Origin: a virus
Taxonomy: Duplodnaviria > Caudoviricetes
Virus record (IMG/VR): IMGVR_UViG_3300037067_027616
Span: 96,001 to 160,000 of that record
Direction: 5' to 3' (one strand)
DNA: 64,000 bases
The notes beneath the pieces were generated by a model. It was not told the origin of the DNA, made no database searches, and was given only the letters and a program-made list of their open reading frames with translations. The translations under genes and the position numbers were made by a program. This document shows positions 40,912-48,350 of this stretch, piece after piece. How positions within the stretch are numbered: position 1 is the first letter of the stretch; each line of letters begins with the position of its first letter.

Positions 40912-41520
40912 TTACTTCATGATCGGGACGTAAGCTTTTCCGTTCACCGTCAGCGAACGGATCGATTCGAGTTTGTAAGTCCGCACGATCACTTCGCGGC
41001 CATCGTCAACGCCTTGGTTGCTTGGCGTGTGTTCCACGTCAAGGAAATTCACCAGACGATCACGAGGTATATCCGTCCCGGTTGTGATGTCGACGAACCG
41101 GGTGCGCGGCTTCAGATGTATCCACGAACCATCCGCCCTCTGGGCCTTGCCGACATAGGCCGCCCAGAAGTACAACTCGGAGGGATTCTTTTTGTTGCGC
41201 CGGAGCAAGGGCGCGCCCGGCACTGCCTCGTGCCAGCATTTTCCTGCCATGTAGGCGGACGGATCTTTGCCTTCCCGTTCCAATTCCGCCTCGACCATCT
41301 TTTTGTATTCCGGGCCGCAAAGAACGGCGGAGTTTGTGATCTTCCGCACGTTCGCACGGTTAATAGACGGAAAGAGAATTTCCCACGGCGTTTTCGTAAC
41401 ACGATCTTTGACCGTGAGTTTTGGCACCGTGCAACCGCACAACCCCGCAAACGGCTTGCGGGTGATGCCGCTGATCGCCGCCACAAACTCCGCCACCGTC
41501 ACCATGTGAATCTTGGCCAT
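40912..41520 (-). CDS. hypothetical phage protein
   Basis: first gene after promoter 41573-41601. Confidence 0.75.
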   Translation of the reverse strand: MAKIHMVTVAEFVAAISGITRKPFAGLCGCTVPKLTVKDRVTKTPWEILFPSINRANVRKITNSAVLCGPEYKKMVEAELEREGKDPSAYMAGKCWHEAVPGAPLLRRNKKNPSELYFWAAYVGKAQRADGSWIHLKPRTRFVDITTGTDIPRDRLVNFLDVEHTPSNQGVDDGREVIVRTYKLESIRSLTVNGKAYVPIMK

Positions 41521-41572
41521 CTATTCCCCCCGCGCAGTTATCGGGTGCGCGGCCCCGTGAGAGTGAAAGAAC

Positions 41573-41601
41573 AATATACACAAAGAATATACGTTTGTCA
41601 A
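41573..41601 (-). promoter_or_regulatory. sigma70-type promoter
   Basis: TTGACA-N17-TATATT. Confidence 0.85.
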
Positions 41602-41627
41602 CACCCATATTCAAGTTTATCAAGTTT

Positions 41628-41832
41628 CCCCTTACACCCATAACAGGGAGTTTAGATAGGGAATCCGGGCACGGATTTTTCCCGCCCCCCTTGTTGCCCT
41701 TCACCCAATACAGGGAGGACAGGTAGGCAAACCGGGCACGGATTTTTCCCCCTTGTTGCCGTGCCGCTTGTTGCCCTTACACACCATACAGGGAGTTTAG
41801 ATAGGGAATCCGGGCACGGATTTTTTCCCCCC
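41628..41832. repeat. three imperfect ~65-75 bp tandem repeats, non-coding
   Basis: ACAGGGAG...CCGGGCACGGATTTTT x3; units 1 and 3 share CAGGGAGTTTAGATAGGGAATCCGGGCACGGATTTTT. Confidence 0.85.
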
Positions 41833-41872
41833 TATACCTATATATGGCCTATTGTAAAAAAGCTAAAACAGC

Positions 41873-41888
41873 GCAAAAGGCATGCCAA
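41873..41888 (-). promoter_or_regulatory. sigma54-like -24/-12 element
   Basis: TTGGCATGCCTTTTGC (GG-N10-GC). Confidence 0.4.
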
Positions 41889-42232
41889 CCCCGCCCCCCG
41901 GGTTTGAGGATCGTACGAATTTTCAACGACTTATGCATCCATGACGGAAAATTTTCTACATATCCACAGGGACGGGTACGGGGACTTTCCTTGGGTGACC
42001 TTTCCTTGGTAACCTCTCCTCTCCTACCTATCGGTACGGGGACTTTCCTTGGTCGATAGTTTCACATTCCAAGTACATCATCCATAGGTATCTTGGGGGC
42101 GCCCTTCAGTATTCATCTTGGATTCTGTTGTGGGGCCTTCCTGGGGGCCTTCCCGGGCAGTTATTCTATTTTCCGTGTTGTGGGCAGGGTATGGTTGCGC
42201 GGATGGTTTGTAGGGGTTATATTTGATTCTAT

Positions 42233-42418
42233 ATGGGTTCTTTATTTCGCATATTAGGTGTAGTCTTTTTGTGTGCCTTGTTTTGTCGTGGGGCGGACAG
42301 TTCGTCTATTGCTGTATGTTCTCCGGTGAAGGTACTTGTTCAGGACACTTTGGTGAAGCGGGTGGTGGTACCGCGTCCGAAGACGAATTGGTCCAAATTG
42401 AAGGAGTTATTCATGTAG
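42233..42418 (+). CDS. small secreted or membrane peptide
   Basis: signal-peptide-like N-terminus; C-terminal TNWSKLKELFM; followed by a terminator. Confidence 0.6.
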   Translation: MGSLFRILGVVFLCALFCRGADSSSIAVCSPVKVLVQDTLVKRVVVPRPKTNWSKLKELFM

Positions 42419-42451
42419 GCAGGGGGGTGGTAGCGGGGCCAGGGGAGGGTA

Positions 42452-42484
42452 GGGCGGGTCTTTCGGGATCCGCCCTTTTTTTAT
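42452..42484 (+). terminator. intrinsic terminator
   Basis: GGCGGGTC-TTTCGG-GATCCGCC followed by a T-run. Confidence 0.75.
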
Positions 42485-42555
42485 AAAATTTTTTAGGGAT
42501 CCTCTTTTTCTATGGCGGGTGTGGTCGATTTTAAAAAATTTTATAAAAAAAGGCT

Positions 42556-42993
42556 CTACGCGTGAGGCTTTTCCTTCCGTCTAGGGTGGACGGATTCTGT
42601 AGGTGCTTCGAGTCGTTTGAGGGCGGCGGTTTGTATTTTTTTGTTGTGATGTACGGCCAGTAGAGGCAGGTCTTTTTCTGACAGGATTGGCACGATGTAG
42701 ATAGCTGTGTCCGACTTCCAGCGCCAAGGTTTATTTTCTGGGTAGTAGTGTTCCCAGATTTTTTCGACCCACTTGAATTTCCTGTGTTCTGAGTCTGGTG
42801 TCCCGCCGTGGATTTCGCTGCACCGTTGCTTGCTGTCCTTTTTGGTTTTCAGGGGTTGGATCTTCCAGATGACGAGGGTGTGACCGTCATCATCTCCGCA
42901 CCATTCGCAGAAGTACCATTGAGTTCCTACGAGGAGTCCGTTACCTCCATCGGACACGAGGTACGGGGAGACACCGCCTACTTTTCGATTCAT
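42556..42993 (-). CDS. hypothetical protein with C-terminal LP..RL module
   Basis: SEKDLPLLAV...AALKRLE. Confidence 0.65.
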   Translation of the reverse strand: MNRKVGGVSPYLVSDGGNGLLVGTQWYFCEWCGDDDGHTLVIWKIQPLKTKKDSKQRCSEIHGGTPDSEHRKFKWVEKIWEHYYPENKPWRWKSDTAIYIVPILSEKDLPLLAVHHNKKIQTAALKRLEAPTESVHPRRKEKPHA

Positions 42994-43063
42994 CGTTTTC
43001 CTTCCGTCCAAGGTGGACGGATTTCGAGGTGTCGATACTTTTGAAAAGCTATCGCCGTTTATT

Positions 43064-43420
43064 TCAATTTTTGCCTGGTGTAAATTGTAGCTTGTGAAAC
43101 GCTTTTGAAGACACATAGACATCATTCATATTTTCGCTATCTGCAATAGCGTCATACCCTTCACTTAATGCTCTATCCATATCCATATCTCTTCTTTGCT
43201 CTACGTCATGACCTAAATATTTTATTTTCAATTCTCCTGTGACATCTGTTTTCCGCGGTCCCGTTAGTCCGTGTCTGCTCATGTAGTATGGATCAGATGT
43301 TAGATGTATTCCTTCTCTATTTTTAATATAAAAATCAATATCAAATGGTCGTATTGAAAAATGCATCAGGGAGATATGCTGTACTGGCTTTTCATTAAGA
43401 AATTTGTCGATACTGCTCAT
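43064..43420 (-). CDS. hypothetical protein (AT-rich)
   Basis: ORF with SD; lower GC than neighbours. Confidence 0.6.
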   Translation of the reverse strand: MSSIDKFLNEKPVQHISLMHFSIRPFDIDFYIKNREGIHLTSDPYYMSRHGLTGPRKTDVTGELKIKYLGHDVEQRRDMDMDRALSEGYDAIADSENMNDVYVSSKAFHKLQFTPGKN

Positions 43421-43453
43421 TTTTCCTTCTTCCGGGATCGGTGTGATTTCCTT

Positions 43454-44119
43454 TTAGCCTATGGTCATCATTTTGAGCATGAGGTCGAACGCTTTTTTGG
43501 TGTCATCCACGAACGTGGCGGTTACCGTATTTTTCCAGACGACGAAGATGGGTACTTCCCACAGGACTTCGGTGCCTGTTTTCGGGTAGGTGTCGCCTTT
43601 GATTCGCAGGTTGTGGTCGGCGTCATTCAAGGCCTGCGCGAGGTTGGCGATGGTGACGGCGGGGGGTTGATCGGCCCAATATGTTTCGTAGTGGGGTGTG
43701 CTGTCGGGGCAGTCGGTTTGGGTTTTGAGTTGGATTTCGATGGACCAATCGTTGTTGAGTCCTTTGAGTACGTTGAGGAGCAGGGCGCTGTGTGATTTTC
43801 TTTTGAGTATTTGTCTGAAGCTGAGCATGGCTTCGACGTTGTGGTAGGTGACGCCGAGGCTTCCATTTAGGGCGCCGGCGCCATCATCGGTGATTTCTTT
43901 GTCTTCCGCGACGGACACGAACATATTGGGCATGGGCATGGTGGCGCCTTCGCGCAGGGAGTTGATGCCGTATTTCGGGAACATGATCCATCTGTTTTCG
44001 CTGACGAAGTCCCGTGCCTGGTGTACGGTTTTTGTGCCGTAGTAAGGTCCGACGGCTTCTTCTACCCTGTTGAAGATGCGGTGGGCGGCTGCGGTTTCCG
44101 ATGCGTTGATGCGGTGCAT
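43454..44119 (-). CDS. hypothetical protein
   Basis: AGGAG SD, 221 aa. Confidence 0.75.
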   Translation of the reverse strand: MHRINASETAAAHRIFNRVEEAVGPYYGTKTVHQARDFVSENRWIMFPKYGINSLREGATMPMPNMFVSVAEDKEITDDGAGALNGSLGVTYHNVEAMLSFRQILKRKSHSALLLNVLKGLNNDWSIEIQLKTQTDCPDSTPHYETYWADQPPAVTIANLAQALNDADHNLRIKGDTYPKTGTEVLWEVPIFVVWKNTVTATFVDDTKKAFDLMLKMMTIG

Positions 44120-44592
44120 AGGTACTCCTGTTTCGATGGAGGATATGGTTTAGTTATTCGTCCTTGACCACAGGTGTTAGAGGCTTATCGAGCATGACAT
44201 CCACACCATCCCCACGACGCCAGACACGCCCACGATGAACAGAACCCACTCCAGCACGGGTGGAAGGTGGATGTTAGATTCCTCCCCTTGACCAGAGTAC
44301 CATTCTCCCCCGAACCCAAGACCGGTGCCGTAGTTACGCATGGGGTCTCCTTTTTATGGTTTTAGATGTCTGTTTGCGCTTATTGGCTGTTGTAATTTTG
44401 CGTTCCCTGTTTTTCAGGGCGGCGATAACATTTACTGCCGTTCTGTCACACACTTCCCAAGAGGAGGGAGGGTCGACTCTATCATCAAACAAACCGCACA
44501 CACCATTATGAATAACGCTGGATACAAGTTCCGTTTTAGATACCATCGTCGCTCCTATGATATGGCCGCGCAAAGTACAGCACCCATGTTCT

Positions 44593-44832
44593 TTAAACGG
44601 ACAGTTGCCTCAGTTCTTGCAAAACAACATTGAGGATGTTGATAGCCTCGGTAGTGCCTATAAAGCCGATTGCTTTGTGTTCGATTGCGGCTATTTCAGC
44701 CTTTAGTTTTTGTAGATTGTTAAAATTTTCTACCCCGACTTTAGCACAGGGCGGGACTTCATTACCGTACTGTTCATCGCATTTATCAAAAGCCTTACAT
44801 TTATCACACATTTCATTATTAAAATTAGCCAT
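44593..44832 (-). CDS. cassette-type small protein
   Basis: Cys-rich N-terminus; degenerate attC-like 3' end. Confidence 0.6.
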   Translation of the reverse strand: MANFNNEMCDKCKAFDKCDEQYGNEVPPCAKVGVENFNNLQKLKAEIAAIEHKAIGFIGTTEAINILNVVLQELRQLSV

Positions 44833-45155
44833 GTGCCTATAACCCCTTATTGTAAAAGCACGACTGAAGTTTCGTAAAACGCCGCCGTGACGGCCCGCGT
44901 TTTGACTCTCATCGAGCTACTCCTCAATAATGCACACGATGTTGCAGATCGGTATGCGCCACTGTTTGCCGTTTCTTATGAACCCCACCCATTGTCCTGC
45001 CCAGTCTACTTCGGAGCATCCTGTTATGGTAGCGGTGAGCGGTTCGTAGCGACCGATGTTGACCCGATAGGTGATGGTGAAAGTCATGTGTCCTCCGTTT
45101 CTATAAGATGGTATCCGCAAAATTGCGTGCAATGTCCGGGCCATGCGTGCTGAAG

Positions 45156-45377
45156 CTACCTGTTGGCATCACTGGCCTTGTCGTGTGATGGCTCAAACCG
45201 TTCCGTAGTGTCAGTGGCGAGGGGTTCCAAACGGTACACTACGTCTTTATAATTGACGGTTAACACAGAACCTTTTGTTCCACTCACAACAACAACATTG
45301 CCAGGAATTACCATTGCGCAACTCCCCAAAATGAAGCCGATGACAAACATTGCAACAACCCATCCTGAACCATTCAT
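45156..45377 (-). CDS. small membrane protein
   Basis: N-terminal TM helix. Confidence 0.6.
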   Translation of the reverse strand: MNGSGWVVAMFVIGFILGSCAMVIPGNVVVVSGTKGSVLTVNYKDVVYRLEPLATDTTERFEPSHDKASDANR

Positions 45378-45697
45378 AGATCGCCGCCTTTCATATAAAA
45401 ACGTTTTGAATTTTCATAGAACTTCCGGAAAACGGGTACCGTGTTACGTCCCGGAATACTCACCACGACACATTGCACTAACTGAAAAGTACTTGCACAC
45501 CGACCGTTTACTACACGTAGAGCATGGCACCACAGCGTTGTTGTCTGTGTCTTGCGCTTGGACCGGTTTACAGGTGATGGTGTACCCACGGTCAAGTAAC
45601 TGTCGCGCGATATCGTTTGGCATACATCCGCCGACAAAGTACAGGTGTTTGTCACTCACGGTTTCTCCTTCGGCCCGCAGGCCCTGGACATCAAATG

Positions 45698-46147
45698 CTA
45701 CACGGCAAATAATTTGCCCGTCCAAGATGTATCACATCGTCCACATACCAACAAGGTATTTGTAAGTGGTTTAACCCTGCGACTACCACAGTTAGGACAA
45801 ACGGCTGCCTGTAGCTGTTGTTTGACTGTTTGTGGCAACTCAACTTTATTTCTGTCACGTTTTGGATCACCTACCAGGCAATCGGGAATAATCGTTTTCG
45901 ACTTTATCTTTTCTCGATGTGTACGTTTCGGATTGCGCTTGTTGGTGGATGCCACAGCTGCTTCTACATTTTCTTCTGCGGCACGCTTCCTTATTTCGTT
46001 TGTTATAGCATGTTGCCTATCAAGTACATCAGATAGCTGGTTCCGAAAAGATTTCCAATTGGTGTCTCTGCCGTCTCTTTTTGCAATTTGATAGGCAGAT
46101 CGAAGAGAATCGTTACTTTCAAGCAAGAGCTTTTCTACTGTTTTCAT
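45698..46147 (-). CDS. cassette-type protein (possible fusion of decayed cassettes)
   Basis: contains two left-arm-like segments (STNKRNPK, VKQQLQAA). Confidence 0.6.
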   Translation of the reverse strand: MKTVEKLLLESNDSLRSAYQIAKRDGRDTNWKSFRNQLSDVLDRQHAITNEIRKRAAEENVEAAVASTNKRNPKRTHREKIKSKTIIPDCLVGDPKRDRNKVELPQTVKQQLQAAVCPNCGSRRVKPLTNTLLVCGRCDTSWTGKLFAV

Positions 46148-46187
46148 AATCGTGTTTCCTTTCAAAAAATTTTAGGGTTGCGGTTTA

Positions 46188-46317
46188 CACCAACGTCCGC
46201 GCCACCGCACGCCGTTTATGTTTTATCATCGCATGGACACGGCCCATCCGATGAAGGACAAACCTCAGTGTTACACCCAACACCGTTACCTAAATGGCAC
46301 TCATGCGGCTGTTGTAG
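46188..46317 (-). repeat. attC-like site F
   Basis: CTACAAC-A-GCCGCA..TGCCATTTA ... TAAACGGCG-TGCGGT..GGAC-GTTGGTG. Confidence 0.55.
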
Positions 46318-46452
46318 GCTGTTTGAGGAGTCTTCCACAGCTTCCTCAAATTTGACATACCTACCATCAACTGAATCTTCCATAGCTCCATAACCATGAC
46401 CACTCTCGTCACCAGTAACAAGATTATACCTTGTCAAATTTGCTACTGACAT
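46216..46452 (-). CDS. cassette ORF
   Basis: GAGGAGG SD; ends inside site F. Confidence 0.7.
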   Translation of the reverse strand: MSVANLTRYNLVTGDESGHGYGAMEDSVDGRYVKFEEAVEDSSNSLQQPHECHLGNGVGCNTEVCPSSDGPCPCDDKT

Positions 46453-46471
46453 AAAAGCCTCCTCAAATTGA

Positions 46472-46622
46472 CTATAGCGTTTCAGCAATGGTGACGTTGC
46501 CGTGTATCGTAGCAAGACTGACCACCGCGTAAATCACCATGAGCGCAATCAGCAGACTTACACTCGCACATAGAGCATAGCGGCAATGCGGCTTCAGCCC
46601 TAGCACCATTGCTGTGTTGTGG
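46472..46622 (-). repeat. attC-like site E
   Basis: CCACAAC-A-CAGCAATGGTG ... CACCATTGCTG-AAAC-GCTATAG. Confidence 0.75.
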
Positions 46623-46715
46623 GGTGTGTTGCGCTGACTCTTTAGCGTCCTGCGCGGCAGCAATACACTTATTGCAATTTCCATTGTCACAACACTGAAT
46701 GTTACCTGCTGGCAT
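46482..46715 (-). CDS. cassette ORF, Cys-rich
   Basis: stop codon lies in the right arm of site E. Confidence 0.65.
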   Translation of the reverse strand: MPAGNIQCCDNGNCNKCIAAAQDAKESAQHTPQHSNGARAEAALPLCSMCECKSADCAHGDLRGGQSCYDTRQRHHC

Positions 46716-46768
46716 AGTTAACCTTTCATTAAGTCGCGCCTATCTGTAAAGACTCAGCGCAGCATTTA

Positions 46769-46914
46769 CCACAACGTTTCAGGCGTGGCGCTGTTGCACT
46801 ACGAAGGCATCCCATAGCCGCTTTACGTCATCGTACACAGATTCTGGTACTTGGATGGCGAGACACCGAATAGCCTTGTCCATCTCAGCAATGGCGTCCA
46901 TGCCTGTGTTGTTG
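46769..46914 (-). repeat. attC-like site D
   Basis: CAACAAC-A-CAGGCATGGACGC ... GCGCCACGCCTG-AAAC-GTTGTGG. Confidence 0.75.
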
Positions 46915-47051
46915 GCCTGTGAATGCGCTTGGGTCGCAATGTACGCCAACAACTCTTCATCAACACCGCACCCCTGGTACTTCTCGACCGCGCCACGTAT
47001 GAAAGCAACCGCGTCCGTCCCACCGATTGGCTCAACTGTTCCCATCTTCAT
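46779..47051 (-). CDS. cassette ORF
   Basis: GGAGGAAG SD; stop in the right arm of site D. Confidence 0.7.
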   Translation of the reverse strand: MKMGTVEPIGGTDAVAFIRGAVEKYQGCGVDEELLAYIATQAHSQANNTGMDAIAEMDKAIRCLAIQVPESVYDDVKRLWDAFVVQQRHA

Positions 47052-47081
47052 ACTTCCTCCTCGTGGCCCGCAGGCCATTGA

Positions 47082-47232
47082 CGACAACGTTCTGACAAAT
47101 GTGCGCCTACAGATCGCCCCAGTTCATCCAGTCGTCCGTTTCGGCACCGCACACCTCGCACCGATAGACGTTCATTTCGCACCCATGGTAGGCGAACCGC
47201 CACGTGTGCTTGGCGCACTATGTCTGTTGTGC
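47082..47232 (-). repeat. attC-like site C
   Basis: GCACAAC-A-GACATAGTGCGCC ... GGCGCACATTTGTC-AGAAC-GTTGTCG. Confidence 0.75.
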
Positions 47233-47316
47233 GCTGGAAGAGGAGGTGTCCAACCGTGGAACAACACCAACGTTCCCTACCGGCGATAGCTCTTTCGAGA
47301 CGGCAACTTTTTTCAT
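47107..47316 (-). pseudogene. cassette ORF with an internal TAG
   Basis: MKKVAV...AQQT*CAKHTW...CEVCG...WGDL*; TAG at 47218-47220. Confidence 0.55.
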
Positions 47317-47387
47317 GGCCGACCTCCTCTTCTGGCGCAAAACCGTGTGCGGTACGGATGTTGTAACCGCCTATCAAATTCATAACT

Positions 47388-47429
47388 CCATAATGTCCAG
47401 CGGTTATGACATTCCTACCGCTGTTGTAC
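47388..47429 (-). repeat. short attC-like site B
   Basis: GTACAAC-AGCGGT..ACCGCT-GGAC-ATTATGG just after the stop of 47435-47776. Confidence 0.55.
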
Positions 47430-47434
47430 GTAGT

Positions 47435-47776
47435 TTAACCGCGTTCCTTAATGTTCCTCCGGGGCGCTTTTTGTTTTATGACTTTGCCTTTATGTATGAA
47501 ACCATCTGGTTCATTATTCTTATCAACATGTATTATAGCCAACTGAAGCGTATCTTTGTTAATACCGATATGGCCATCCATCTTCCACACATTGAAACTT
47601 ATCATTCCATTTTTGGTTTTTTCATCGTCCAAAACTATAGACAGGTCTCTTTTATTTTTCCGCTGAAGTTGAAGTACCTTTTGACACAAACAAGCTATAA
47701 GACCAAAACGACGCTCCTTTATTAACGATTCCTCAGTCAACTGAAAATCAGCTAATGGTTTAGAAATAGCTTTCAT
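47435..47776 (-). CDS. AT-rich cassette ORF
   Basis: lies between sites A and B; lower GC than the flanking genome. Confidence 0.7.
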   Translation of the reverse strand: MKAISKPLADFQLTEESLIKERRFGLIACLCQKVLQLQRKNKRDLSIVLDDEKTKNGMISFNVWKMDGHIGINKDTLQLAIIHVDKNNEPDGFIHKGKVIKQKAPRRNIKERG

Positions 47777-47827
47777 TCTTTTTCCTTGTCTTGCGCCCCG
47801 GCTATAAATCCCAAACGGTTAAATTTT

Positions 47828-47953
47828 GCACAACGTTTCAACTATTGGTGCCGTGTAACAATATTACAAGCAATACCAGAACACACCTTTCCAGTTTTCC
47901 CACACCAGTTATCCTTACTTATATCGTTGCATGGCACCATAGTTGTGTTGGTG
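47828..47953 (-). repeat. attC-like site A
   Basis: CACCAAC-A-CAACTATGGTGCCATGCAAC ... GTTACACGGCACC(A)ATAGTTG-AAAC-GTTGTGC. Confidence 0.8.
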
Positions 47954-48081
47954 GATGGTTTTTGGCCACCCATCAGCTTGCGAATGTCGGCAACTTCCTT
48001 CGCAAGCGCGTCTATCCTGGTTTCTTGACCAACCACATATTTTTGTAGAAAAGATAGAGTCAGTTTCATTCGCAACTCCAA
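47842..48081 (-). CDS. cassette ORF
   Basis: stop codon in the right arm of site A. Confidence 0.65.
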   Translation of the reverse strand: MELRMKLTLSFLQKYVVGQETRIDALAKEVADIRKLMGGQKPSTNTTMVPCNDISKDNWCGKTGKVCSGIACNIVTRHQ

Positions 48082-48109
48082 TCATAAAAGGCCAAAAACT
48101 TTACACCAA

Positions 48110-48343
48110 CTATACGTATGGTGAAACGCCTTTGTGTAAGACTTTGACTTTTTGGAACTTATGAGTTACCTCATCCAAAGGATACCCATCTGCTTTAAGT
48201 GCCAGGACAACTGCTCTTCGGATATATCTACTCATGGTGCGTACACCTACCTTATGGGCTTGATGAGAACACGCAAAAGCCAACACGGGTTCAAGGTATA
48301 CCCGATAGTCTTTCCGGATTGAGTCAGACATTATAGCTATCAT
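48110..48343 (-). CDS. possible ribbon-helix-helix DNA-binding protein
   Basis: YRVYLEP...TMSRYIRRAV pattern. Confidence 0.45.
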   Translation of the reverse strand: MIAIMSDSIRKDYRVYLEPVLAFACSHQAHKVGVRTMSRYIRRAVVLALKADGYPLDEVTHKFQKVKVLHKGVSPYV

Positions 48344-48350
48344 AGATACC

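Larger units (their letters stand above)
44334..48081 (-). mobile_element. integron-like gene cassette array (attC-like sites, no integrase seen)
   Basis: six recognisable NNNCAAC-A-arm...arm'-(A/G)(A/G)AC-GTT-type palindromes, each ending a small ORF, plus degenerate half-sites. Confidence 0.7.

Noticed and set aside
41628-41832. mini-CRISPR
   Set aside because: The units are degenerate tandem duplications without unique spacers, and no cas genes are visible.
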